Part shown: in pieces, positions 34,002-42,912 of the stretch
How positions within the stretch are numbered: the first letter of the stretch is position 1
Layout: every line of letters begins with the position of its first letter
Assembly: GCA_036687665.1 (NCBI GenBank)
Contig: JAYYZZ010000004.1
Location: 22,330 to 86,329 of the forward strand
Direction: 5' to 3'
DNA: 64,000 bases
Source: Pseudomonadota bacterium
Lineage (GTDB): Bacteria; Pseudomonadota; Gammaproteobacteria; Poriferisulfidales; JAYYZZ01
Position numbers and translations under genes: made by a program
Notes under the pieces: model-generated
Database searches by the model: none
What the model was told of the DNA's origin: nothing
What the model saw: the letters and a program-made list of their open reading frames with translations, nothing else

Positions 34002-35256
34002 AATCACTTAAGCTTACATGTTCTTTTATTTTTTCCATCAAGTTTTCTATGTTTTGATCTAAATTAGATTCATTTGAAAACATAGCATCTTTATTTTCTC
34101 TAGATTTAATTTCACTTTCTGAGTGCCAGTGTATAAAAGCAAGAAACTCATATGGAACTATTGTGAGTCCTGGGTCAAAGTAGTGAGAAAAATCTAGAGA
34201 ATGTTCAGAAAGTTTAAGTGCTTCTTTTATGTAGCCATATTTACGCAGAGCATTAATAACTTCATTTCTGTGTTCGCCTAAAAAATGCTTTAACACTTGA
34301 GCAGTTTTTAGATAATATTTTCCTGCATCTTGGCTACCATTTTTTTCCAAAATCTTTGCAATGTTGAAGCAGGCATGGCCTGAATACTCAATATTCATAC
34401 GCGCAGCTAATTTGAAACAGTCAATAGATAACTCATTTTTGCCTAGTTCATTTAATAAATATCCAGTGTTATACCAGGAGATTGGGTTGTATGGAGTGTT
34501 GTCCAAAGACATAAAAAAACAATAAAGTGTATAGGTGTGCGGGTTACATAGCTTATTTTTATGTTTAGGAATTAACAATGAATAGTAAGCAATATTTTCT
34601 TTATTAAGTTTAGATTCTGCCAAGTAAGAATCCATTGTTTCTTTTATACGAAGTAGTTTCATGGCTGTCATTGCCTGCATGAAATACTGGATTCCAACGG
34701 TTTGCTCAAAGCTTAATTTCTGTTTTTCAAGTCGAGCGAAAAGTTTTTCTGAATTTAAACCGCCAAATGCCCCATCTTGATAAGGGTCTTCTTTCCTCAT
34801 CTCTGTAAATCTTGCAACAACATCGTATCTATTAAGAGTCTTAAATATATCTGTTGAATCTAGATAGTTTGATTCTGCGTGTTTCGTGCCCCAAAGAATC
34901 TCTGCAAAATGTATATCAAGACCCATAATTCTCTTTATCTCTTTATTTTCATGAGTCTGGTTTATCTCATACCCAACTTTATTTAAAAAATTATTAAGTA
35001 GTTCCCTTATTGACTGTCGAGGAGGTTCTTCTCCAACCCAGTCCTCGTGCCGTGAACCTTCATCAGGTGTTAATGTGTGCTCTGGTTTTCTCCGCACCAT
35101 TCTTTTTAATTTTTTTATTACTAGTGTGCGTAAAGCCTCTTCTTCCCAAGGGCTGATTCTTTTCCAAATTAAACGAGCGAGGTTTAGCAACGTAATTTCC
35201 TTCAATAAGTACTTGTATATTGAACTCGAACAACAGTATATGTAAACTGTTGACAT
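33991..35256 (-). CDS. hypothetical protein with TPR-like helical repeats
   Basis: 421 aa and first gene of the minus-strand run. Helical-repeat-like stretch NTGYLLNELGKNELSIDCFKLAARMNIEYSGHACFNIAKILEKNGSQDAGKYYLKTAQVL. True start uncertain. Confidence 0.45.
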   Translation of the reverse strand: MSTVYIYCCSSSIYKYLLKEITLLNLARLIWKRISPWEEEALRTLVIKKLKRMVRRKPEHTLTPDEGSRHEDWVGEEPPRQSIRELLNNFLNKVGYEINQTHENKEIKRIMGLDIHFAEILWGTKHAESNYLDSTDIFKTLNRYDVVARFTEMRKEDPYQDGAFGGLNSEKLFARLEKQKLSFEQTVGIQYFMQAMTAMKLLRIKETMDSYLAESKLNKENIAYYSLLIPKHKNKLCNPHTYTLYCFFMSLDNTPYNPISWYNTGYLLNELGKNELSIDCFKLAARMNIEYSGHACFNIAKILEKNGSQDAGKYYLKTAQVLKHFLGEHRNEVINALRKYGYIKEALKLSEHSLDFSHYFDPGLTIVPYEFLAFIHWHSESEIKSRENKDAMFSNESNLDQNIENLMEKIKEHVSLSDYVS

Positions 35257-35296
35257 ATATCGACTGACGGAAAATTCTATCTCATATACTTAAATT

Positions 35297-35449
35297 ATGC
35301 TGTCTTTTTTCAAAGAGTTTTTGTTATTTCTCATACAAAGACGCAAGATCTGGTTAATACCACTTTTCCTTGCGATGGCACTTGTTGGTAGTTTTATTGT
35401 TCTCACTGAAGGTACAGCTATCGCACCTTTTATTTACACTGTATTTTAA
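35297..35449 (+). CDS. second DUF5989 (SxtK-like) small membrane protein; not in the ORF track
   Basis: My own translation: MLSFFKEFLLFLIQRRKIWLIPLFLAMALVGSFIVLTEGTAIAPFIYTVF (50 aa). Same RRK.WL.P...G.AIAPFIYT.F signature as 20001-20150. The 5' end of the ORF-track entry 35370-36470 overlaps it in another frame. Confidence 0.65.
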   Translation: MLSFFKEFLLFLIQRRKIWLIPLFLAMALVGSFIVLTEGTAIAPFIYTVF

Positions 35450-35498
35450 AAATAGAGACATACCTTTGCATTCGCGAACACATTCATATTTATTCACG

Positions 35499-36470
35499 AT
35501 GGGTGCAATGTTTTTAGTTTTTGTGCTCATCATTTTTTTTGTAGAAACAATTTCTAGGACAATACTTAACACAGGCATGCAATATGATCTAGAAATGTGG
35601 AAGTACGCAAAGTATGGTAAGCAGGTAGCTATGAATAAAGAAATTGGGCATGTTCACAAAAATAATTCTACGTTTCATGCAATGGGAGTTGATGTAAATA
35701 TTAATTCTATGGGTCACCGCGATCACGAATTATCAAACCCCAAGAAAAGAAATGAATTACGTCTAATTATGGTGGGTGATTCTATTACTTTTGGTTGGGG
35801 GGTACCGCAAGACCAGACCGTATCTGCTAGAATGGAGAAAATATTAAATACAGGAAATAAAAAATTTATAAATGTTGTCAACACAGGAATCGGAAATACA
35901 AATACATCGATGCAAGTGGAGTTTTTCATTGAACATGCTGAACAGTTAGAACCTGATTACGTTGTATTAAACTATTTTATAAATGATGCTGAAAAAACAC
36001 CCGCATATAAGCCTTTGAATTTTTTGAGTAGGTATTCATACGGTTATATTTACATGAACGGGCGCTGGGATACTTTCAAAAGGATGCTGCAACAGAAAAA
36101 AGACTGGAAACAATATTATTTAGATTTGTATAACAGCGAAGCTGAAGGTTGGCTAGAGACGCAAAAAGCTATAATAAAATTAAAATCCTATTGTGCAGAG
36201 CTTGACATACCACTTTTAATTGTTAACTATCCGGAAATGCGAGAATTTGAACCATACCCTTTTAAGCTTATAACAACAAAAATAGGAAAGATCGCACAAA
36301 CTTTAGATATTTCTTTTCTAGATTTATTGCCATCAGTTTCTCATATAGACCCAGAGGAGCTTTGGGTAACCGAACCTGACCCACATCCTAACGCAAAAGC
36401 TGATGATTATTTTGCAAAAGCAATTACGGAACACCTTGAATCAGCCTGGGACTATAATAAGCGGTTTTAG
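35499..36470 (+). CDS. membrane-anchored canonical GDSL/SGNH hydrolase
   Basis: Start moved to the ATG at 35499 (MGAMFLVFVLIIFF, TM). Block I LIMVGDSITFGWG, block II NTGIGNTN, block III NYFINDA, C-terminal EPDPHPNAKADDYFAKAI. Confidence 0.75.
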   Translation: MGAMFLVFVLIIFFVETISRTILNTGMQYDLEMWKYAKYGKQVAMNKEIGHVHKNNSTFHAMGVDVNINSMGHRDHELSNPKKRNELRLIMVGDSITFGWGVPQDQTVSARMEKILNTGNKKFINVVNTGIGNTNTSMQVEFFIEHAEQLEPDYVVLNYFINDAEKTPAYKPLNFLSRYSYGYIYMNGRWDTFKRMLQQKKDWKQYYLDLYNSEAEGWLETQKAIIKLKSYCAELDIPLLIVNYPEMREFEPYPFKLITTKIGKIAQTLDISFLDLLPSVSHIDPEELWVTEPDPHPNAKADDYFAKAITEHLESAWDYNKRF

Positions 36471-36485
36471 AGTAGACTAAGAAAA

Positions 36486-37910
36486 ATGAACATAGATAAA
36501 AAGAAAATAATCTTTAGCATGCTTACAGTTGTGATATTAGGTTTTACAGCAGGCGTGTTCTCAGAAATAATATATCGAGGCTACTTATCATATGAGATAT
36601 GGTCTAAGGCTGCATTTGGATATGGCGTAGATAAAGGCGAGTATCTAGTTGCTTTTGGATACCCTCCACACGTAATTTATGACAAAGAAGCAGGTTATCA
36701 CTACAATTCTGACCCTTACTATAGTATTAATCATCATGTTGATGAGAAATATACATGTTCTGTTTCTGATAATTTTGGCAAACATACGCTCCGCAAAGAT
36801 ATCTCAGACTATGAGTCTGCTGATTATAAAATACTATTGCTTGGCTCGTCTTATGCTGGCTACCGGTTTCCTGATGGATCAGGAACGCTAATTAACCACA
36901 CAACTAAAAGTCTAGAATACGAGTATCAAGGTACATTTGGCGGAATTAATTTGTCGCGCGGTTCAACAGGTATGCTGGAAATGGTAGATCTTGCAGTAAG
37001 CGTCATACCTAAAGAATTTCAACCTGATCTCGTGCTTTTTACTCTTAATACATCAGATGCGGCACGGCCAAGGTGGTGGCCAATTTACCGAGATGTCGGT
37101 GAAGGCATGTATCGCTGGTATCAAAGCAGAGAAGCAGAGCCTAAATCTTTTAAAAGAGATTCGGTAATTACTCAATCAGCTGTTTTGTCGGCAGAGATTG
37201 ATCAGGAGTGGTGCGACTATATAAACGATCTTTTTCAAACTAAAGGGATTGAGGAAGTACAAAAAGATCCTTTAGCGCAAAAAATTGTAAGGCATATAAG
37301 CGCTGCAAAAGCTATCCAAAGGCGCCCTCATTTTGATGTTAATCCTTTTACGGAACCTGTTTGTTTTATTTGTGACAAAATTAAACACGGCAGTGCATAT
37401 TATTCAATTAGTGTTTTTAATCAAAATAATCCTATCAGCCAAGTCAAGCCAGACAAATTTAAAAATGATCAGTTATTTATACAGAACTTTGCTAAGTTCA
37501 AAGAATTAGGTATCCCATATTTTATTATGCACTTCCCAAGCTATGCTGAGTTTAAATACAATATAAGAGCTGCGTATGGACATTATGGAATGAGCGCACA
37601 AGAAAATGAAGATATATATAACATTCTGCAAGAATTGACTGGAGCTGAAGTTGTCTGGTTAAAAGATTATATAAGTTTAGGAGAATTACAGCCCCACGAT
37701 TTTGTAAGTCACGAAAAAGATTGGCACCCACAACTTATGGGTTCAGAGCTACTAGCAAAAGCTATGCATGATGTAATTGCAGAGTATTTGGAAAAAAATA
37801 ATATTGCACAAAAGACAGGAAACAAATTTTCAGGTCGCTATACTCAATGCACGGAAACAAGTGTTACACCAACCCCAGGTAGGTCTGGTAAAGAAATTTC
37901 TTGCCCTTGA
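36486..37910 (+). CDS. membrane-anchored divergent SGNH-like protein
   Basis: 474 aa with N-terminal TM. Motifs ILLLGSSYAG and NLSRGSTG. C-terminal HEKDWHPQLMGSELLAKAMHDVI resembles block V plus a helix. Weaker match than the other five. Confidence 0.4.
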   Translation: MNIDKKKIIFSMLTVVILGFTAGVFSEIIYRGYLSYEIWSKAAFGYGVDKGEYLVAFGYPPHVIYDKEAGYHYNSDPYYSINHHVDEKYTCSVSDNFGKHTLRKDISDYESADYKILLLGSSYAGYRFPDGSGTLINHTTKSLEYEYQGTFGGINLSRGSTGMLEMVDLAVSVIPKEFQPDLVLFTLNTSDAARPRWWPIYRDVGEGMYRWYQSREAEPKSFKRDSVITQSAVLSAEIDQEWCDYINDLFQTKGIEEVQKDPLAQKIVRHISAAKAIQRRPHFDVNPFTEPVCFICDKIKHGSAYYSISVFNQNNPISQVKPDKFKNDQLFIQNFAKFKELGIPYFIMHFPSYAEFKYNIRAAYGHYGMSAQENEDIYNILQELTGAEVVWLKDYISLGELQPHDFVSHEKDWHPQLMGSELLAKAMHDVIAEYLEKNNIAQKTGNKFSGRYTQCTETSVTPTPGRSGKEISCP

Positions 37911-37929
37911 TCAGGCATAGTGCCTTGCA

Positions 37930-39057
37930 ATGGAAAACAAAAAACTCAAACTGAATGAATATGATGCCGCGGAAAGTAGCGCATTAGAAAGTATTCCCAA
38001 TAGAATTATTGAATGCACGCGAGCTGTTTCATTTTCCGATGCAGGGTATCCTACACGTGTTAGATCAAGTAGCGCTTTAGTTAGATACGTTGATGTTATG
38101 CACGAAGGACGTGCCTCAAGTACTTTCCATGAATTATTGCGCGGAATTACTAATGATGAGTTTAATCTTCTGAAAACAGTAACGCGCGCAATAAAAGATA
38201 ATTCTGAAAAACAATATAAAAAAAAGATGGTGGCAACAGGCAGTTTATTGCGTGCATTATTAATTGTTAGAACGCTAAAAGCATTGTACCCAGAAAAAAA
38301 GCGACTTGTTTTTGAGATTGGACATGGTTCTGGTTATGTAGGAGCATTGCTTCTAGCAGATGGATATGCATATGCTTCAACTGATATTGTGCAGGCTTTT
38401 TATGTTTATCAAAACAACTTGCTTGAAGAGCTAATTCCCGGGCAGGTAACTGATTTAGTTAACGGTGGAGAATTGACTAGCATAAATTCTATTAAGCCGG
38501 GGCATGCTGTGCACGTCCCTTGGTGGAAATTTTATTCTGTTACACCAAATATAAATATGTCAGTTGATGCGGTGACATGTAACCATGCGTTAGCAGAAAT
38601 GCACCCTAATAGCCTGCACTATATTCTCCATTTGGCAAAGATGATGCTGCAAAAAAAAGATGGCTCTTTTGTATTTGAGGGGTGGGGGGATGTAACTAAT
38701 GCGCCAATTTGGTCAGTTGCTAAAAAGTTTAGTGACTTAGGGTATGTAATTGCCCATAACAATATGACTGAAGCTGTTTATTTGCCAGAAGACAACAAAG
38801 CTGCACAAGGATGCATTAAGTTTGTTGAGGGAGAACTTGATGCTAACGTAAGTATGGAGGAGCAGTTTCACCCTCCTATACACATATCAAGTGATTCACC
38901 GTTATCTAAACGGATTACTAGCAATTTAGAGTCTATAAACGACAACCTGAGCGTTACTTACAAAGATGTTTGCGATATGTTTGCATCAGAACTCGGCAGC
39001 AAAGACTTACTAAGTGATGATGAAAAGTTTTTCAAACTAACTGACGGACCCTCATAA
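37930..39057 (+). CDS. putative class I SAM-dependent methyltransferase-like protein (paralog of 22022-23164)
   Basis: 375 aa. VFEIGHGSGYVGALLLADGYAYASTDI, plus shared blocks PNRIIE, SALVRYVDVMHEG, HVPWWKFY, TCNHALAEMHP and DDEKFF. Confidence 0.5.
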   Translation: MENKKLKLNEYDAAESSALESIPNRIIECTRAVSFSDAGYPTRVRSSSALVRYVDVMHEGRASSTFHELLRGITNDEFNLLKTVTRAIKDNSEKQYKKKMVATGSLLRALLIVRTLKALYPEKKRLVFEIGHGSGYVGALLLADGYAYASTDIVQAFYVYQNNLLEELIPGQVTDLVNGGELTSINSIKPGHAVHVPWWKFYSVTPNINMSVDAVTCNHALAEMHPNSLHYILHLAKMMLQKKDGSFVFEGWGDVTNAPIWSVAKKFSDLGYVIAHNNMTEAVYLPEDNKAAQGCIKFVEGELDANVSMEEQFHPPIHISSDSPLSKRITSNLESINDNLSVTYKDVCDMFASELGSKDLLSDDEKFFKLTDGPS

Positions 39058-39069
39058 CATCTCTGAAAT

Positions 39070-40323
39070 CTACAAAATGTCTTTTGCCATTCGTTTTGCT
39101 ATCAGTTTATTAGCCTCTGGGGTGTAGTGCACTACATCAAAATAAATAACACTATCTAAATTAGAGAATAGCGAAGTAATATCAAAGAAGCGGGTATTGT
39201 TAGACCTTATATATTTTTTTTCAAGATTCGCATATAAAATTTCATAACTCTTATATACAGATATTACTTTTTCTAAATATTTTTGTCTGTTGCGAAAAAT
39301 TTCTCCACCGTCACTCAAAACAACAAAACCATAAAATTCGTCAAGTAGTTCTTGTTCTTCTGCAGGCATATATTTTCTTTTGTACTCTGCAAATGGCTGT
39401 AAGTACGATATAAATTTGATGTTGTTATTGTTGCAATAGCTAGCTATCGCATCAATATTTTTCTCAAAAATAAAACTTTTTTGCGTATTTGATTTTATTA
39501 AATGTTCTGACTGCATTAACCAATGATGTTTTCTGTACGTATCTTGTCTTGTTATTAATTTTTTCTTCTGGATAAATCCAAAATGCTTAAGCAAGTAGTA
39601 CGAGTAGGTAAATATGTATGGAGGATTGTCATATTTAGTTTCTATATTGTTTATAAAATCAAAAAATTTATAATCCATATATCCCCAATTTATCATTTGC
39701 CCATTTATGTTATTTCTTTCTTTTTCGAATACATTGCTTACCGCATCATTCCAGCCATCTAGTGTGATTATAATGTCAGGTTTTAGATATATGATTTCAG
39801 CAAAGAATTTACGTAACCCATAAAATGACCAGCCTCCAGAAATACCAAAATTAAGCACTTCATATTCTTCGTTGCCAGAAGAATTATTTAGGGTTTTCTC
39901 AAGCTGTGCAGAGATGGTGTCTTGATTCCCAGATTCCAGACGGTTACCCGCCAGACTGCTACCACCGAGCATGAAGATTCTTGTCACACCCTTTTTCTTA
40001 TCGGGGAAAAATTCTGGAGCAGTTCCTTCCTTATCATTGCTTATAAACCCGAATTTATTGATAGTGAGGCTGCTTAATTTAGAATTTGGTTCAAGCCTCG
40101 TAGTAGTAAGCGGATCGTAAATACCAAAGGTCGTTCTTGAAGCATTTGCGGGGTGTAACTTTATCATTCCTTGAGAAGCACTCAAGAAATTCATTTGGTT
40201 TTTTGTTGCATGCTTATAAGTTAAATAAGAAAAGCAAAATACTTCCGCAAGTAAAAGTGTGAAAACTGCAATTAAAAAATATTGGTCAATTTTTGATAGA
40301 TATTTTCTTTGACCTATGTTCAT
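39070..40323 (-). CDS. membrane-anchored SGNH/GDSL-fold protein (GGS variant), paralog 4
   Basis: 417 aa with N-terminal TM. Blocks IFMLGGSSLAG, LNFGISGG, ITLDGWNDA and FDVVHYTPEANKLIAKRMAKDI. Confidence 0.65.
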   Translation of the reverse strand: MNIGQRKYLSKIDQYFLIAVFTLLLAEVFCFSYLTYKHATKNQMNFLSASQGMIKLHPANASRTTFGIYDPLTTTRLEPNSKLSSLTINKFGFISNDKEGTAPEFFPDKKKGVTRIFMLGGSSLAGNRLESGNQDTISAQLEKTLNNSSGNEEYEVLNFGISGGWSFYGLRKFFAEIIYLKPDIIITLDGWNDAVSNVFEKERNNINGQMINWGYMDYKFFDFINNIETKYDNPPYIFTYSYYLLKHFGFIQKKKLITRQDTYRKHHWLMQSEHLIKSNTQKSFIFEKNIDAIASYCNNNNIKFISYLQPFAEYKRKYMPAEEQELLDEFYGFVVLSDGGEIFRNRQKYLEKVISVYKSYEILYANLEKKYIRSNNTRFFDITSLFSNLDSVIYFDVVHYTPEANKLIAKRMAKDIL

Positions 40324-40327
40324 TGAG

Positions 40328-41386
40328 TTATAGATATTCAGTTAGCCCTAGTGCTGTTGGAATTTTATCGTTCGTGTCTACCATGCGTGCTTCAATGCTC
40401 GTTCTTGGGTGTATTGCATTTTCTGGAATGCCTGTGCGATGAATTGTCCAGTTCGTTAAAACCATGACGTCCCCAGGCTTGAGACTAGGCTGGATTATTT
40501 TTTCTGCGGGAAAGTTAGATTCTATCTCTGCCGATTCAAACTTTTCGTCAAGAAATCTGGGCAATTGGTCTTTTACATCATAATCATAATAGTCCCGACT
40601 TTCTTTGATGCCCATTGCTACCACATCGAGCGTTGTTGCCTGGTATTTAGGCCCTGCTGGAGTTATGGGTATCCATGTGTTCAATACAAATAAAGCTGTA
40701 GGCGATGCGTGATAATACATATCGCAGTGATAATCGAGATAACCAGCATATCTTTCTTTTCTTTCTTCTTGTTTTCCTGTTGCATCGCATTTAGCCCAAA
40801 GACGTTTTGGATGCATTGTGCGCGTGTGTGCTTGTGTATGAAGTCTGAAAGCCGAATATGGAAATGCATGTTTTATAACGGATTGCATTTTTGTAATAGA
40901 CAGCAAATCGAGAAAAGAATGTTTATTATCATGTGCAATTTCAAACATCCGGTTGTTTAGGCTACCTTGCTCTAACCAGGCTTGGAAGAAGTTTTCACCC
41001 GGATCGGTCTTCTCTTGACTTAAATTTATCCTAAATTGCGGGTCATCGAATTTCTGTGGGTCGATGTTTTGCCAGTAATCTTGTGCCTGTGGCAATAACA
41101 CGTCCCGGTAATTGGTAACTTTTGATTCTGGGATGAGGTTTCTGATAATCAGGTAACCATTATTTATTACTACTGAATCAAAAAGATGCTCAGGTGTTAA
41201 TTGTTCTGCCGATATATCAGCTGTTACATGTTTATGGGAACGCACACCAGATAATAGGGTTAGGTTTTTGTATTTTATCCTGTTCTTTGTGCCCGTGAAT
41301 CGGACAATAAAGCTATAGATAAGTTTGCAATAAAAAGAAGGTAGGTATTGCAAAAGCATCTTGAGTTTTGATATTAAACGTAACAT
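40328..41386 (-). CDS. PhyH-like Fe(II)/2-oxoglutarate dioxygenase family protein (paralog of 27673-28614)
   Basis: 352 aa. Motifs LDYHCDMYYH (HxD) and TNWTIHRT. Shares NGY.I.R, LN.WIP, G.KY.A..L blocks with 27673-28614. Confidence 0.55.
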   Translation of the reverse strand: MLRLISKLKMLLQYLPSFYCKLIYSFIVRFTGTKNRIKYKNLTLLSGVRSHKHVTADISAEQLTPEHLFDSVVINNGYLIIRNLIPESKVTNYRDVLLPQAQDYWQNIDPQKFDDPQFRINLSQEKTDPGENFFQAWLEQGSLNNRMFEIAHDNKHSFLDLLSITKMQSVIKHAFPYSAFRLHTQAHTRTMHPKRLWAKCDATGKQEERKERYAGYLDYHCDMYYHASPTALFVLNTWIPITPAGPKYQATTLDVVAMGIKESRDYYDYDVKDQLPRFLDEKFESAEIESNFPAEKIIQPSLKPGDVMVLTNWTIHRTGIPENAIHPRTSIEARMVDTNDKIPTALGLTEYL

Positions 41387-41404
41387 CGCGATTAGAAAGA
41401 AGAT

Positions 41405-42127
41405 TTAAGATTTCTTCATCATAATATAAACACCGTTTGAAAGTGGAAGTGCGAGGCGCACATAATCATCTCGTTTTGCTGCTGCATCAAGGAAATCCTT
41501 TGTGCCTTGGCCTTTTTCAGTTTGTGGTTTGTCGTTGTATACATCACCGTGAAAAAAACAATCATCAACAATGATGACGCCATTTGGGCTTAATAAAGGT
41601 TCAAGTGACTCAAAATAGTCTTTATAGCGCTCTTTATTGCCGTCAATAAAAATAAGATCAAAGTTTATATCTTTGGGTAGTAGATCCATGTTTTCAAATG
41701 CATCCCCTTCGATCAGTTCAATTTTCTTGTCATAGCCGTTTGCTGTGAAATTTTTTCTGGCGATGTCGGCAAAATGATCAAACTTTTCACAAGTATAAAC
41801 TTTACCTCCGTCAGCAATGCCGTCAGCAAAAGCCATCGTTGATACACCTACAAATGTGCCAATTTCCAGCACATACTTTGCATTAATTAAGCGTGTAATG
41901 AGTTCGTAGAATCTCAGCATAATTGGATTGGATGCCATCTCGGGCAATGTAAATTTGTCTGTTACAGTGAGTTTGAGTTTTTTTAGCGGGTCTTCGATAG
42001 CACTGCTGTCTACGATTGATTGATAGAGCGCTGCAATCAAATCTGCCTCATTACCTTTATAATGATAAGTGTGTTCGGATTGATCAGGTAGAAACTTATC
42101 AAAATAGTCTAACTTTTTATCAGCCAC
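41405..42127 (-). CDS. class I SAM-dependent O-methyltransferase (caffeoyl-CoA OMT-like, family 3)
   Basis: 240 aa. Motifs VLEIGTFVGVST, FDLIFIDGNKERY and GVIIVDD. GTG start directly after the upstream stop. Confidence 0.8.
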   Translation of the reverse strand: MADKKLDYFDKFLPDQSEHTYHYKGNEADLIAALYQSIVDSSAIEDPLKKLKLTVTDKFTLPEMASNPIMLRFYELITRLINAKYVLEIGTFVGVSTMAFADGIADGGKVYTCEKFDHFADIARKNFTANGYDKKIELIEGDAFENMDLLPKDINFDLIFIDGNKERYKDYFESLEPLLSPNGVIIVDDCFFHGDVYNDKPQTEKGQGTKDFLDAAAKRDDYVRLALPLSNGVYIMMKKS

Positions 42128-42907
42128 TTATAACACTCCTTCTGGCGCACCATCGTCTTGATATGCAATATAAGTTCTTCCCCACCAGCCTACATCCATG
42201 TGGCGTAAAAATTTGAATTTACTATATTGTTGAAACTCTAGAAATGCTCTTCCAATGCCTTTGGTTGGAATGTTGTTATAGCCACAAAACAAATCATCTA
42301 GATAAATTACTGTGCCTTCTTGTATGAGAGGTTCTAAAAACTTAAAGACTGGCACTGCTGACTCATACAGATCACAATCTACTGTTGCCAGCGCAACTAC
42401 TTCTCCAGCATCAAGCAATGATGTTTGCAAATCATCAGTTAAGCTGTCGTCATAAAACCCTTTGATGGTTCTTACCCGATCTGTATATATCCCATGTTTT
42501 TGAATATGTGCTAGAAAATCTTCTTCAGTGGTAGTCAAAACACCTGGTGTATGCCAGAGGGATTTGGTTGGCGTTGATGTCTCAGGTAAGCCCTCAAAAC
42601 TATCATAAGCAAAAAAATTCATCTCTTGCATATTGTGCCGATGAGCTTCAGTGAGAGCCATTCTAAAAGTTCGTGCTCTATGACAGCCAAATTCGTGATA
42701 GCCACCCTTAATTTCATTGTCATTCAACATATCAAAGGTTTTTACAAAAAATTTGTATTTCTCAATCTGCCTGTTGTTCTGGTTGTATTCGACTTCATCA
42801 GCATGTTCCCAGCTTTTCATATCGTCCGCATTATCAAGAGTAACCCATGGTTCCTCACCTAGTGGATGTATGATGCTTGGTGTCCGTTTTTTTTCTTTAT
42901 TTGACAT
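42128..42907 (-). CDS. TylF/MycF/NovP-family sugar O-methyltransferase
   Basis: 259 aa. Motifs YHEFGCHRARTF, YDSFEGLPE and ATVDCDLYES. Confidence 0.75.
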   Translation of the reverse strand: MSNKEKKRTPSIIHPLGEEPWVTLDNADDMKSWEHADEVEYNQNNRQIEKYKFFVKTFDMLNDNEIKGGYHEFGCHRARTFRMALTEAHRHNMQEMNFFAYDSFEGLPETSTPTKSLWHTPGVLTTTEEDFLAHIQKHGIYTDRVRTIKGFYDDSLTDDLQTSLLDAGEVVALATVDCDLYESAVPVFKFLEPLIQEGTVIYLDDLFCGYNNIPTKGIGRAFLEFQQYSKFKFLRHMDVGWWGRTYIAYQDDGAPEGVL

Positions 42908-42912
42908 GTGTT

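Noticed and set aside
29963-35256. Possibility that the block of unknown ORFs is an anti-phage defence system or toxin-antitoxin module.
   Set aside because: I could not find P-loop/helicase, nuclease (PD-(D/E)xK, HNH), TIR, SIR2, reverse transcriptase or methylase/restriction motifs. The genes are co-oriented and coupled with SGNH and dioxygenase glycan-type genes.
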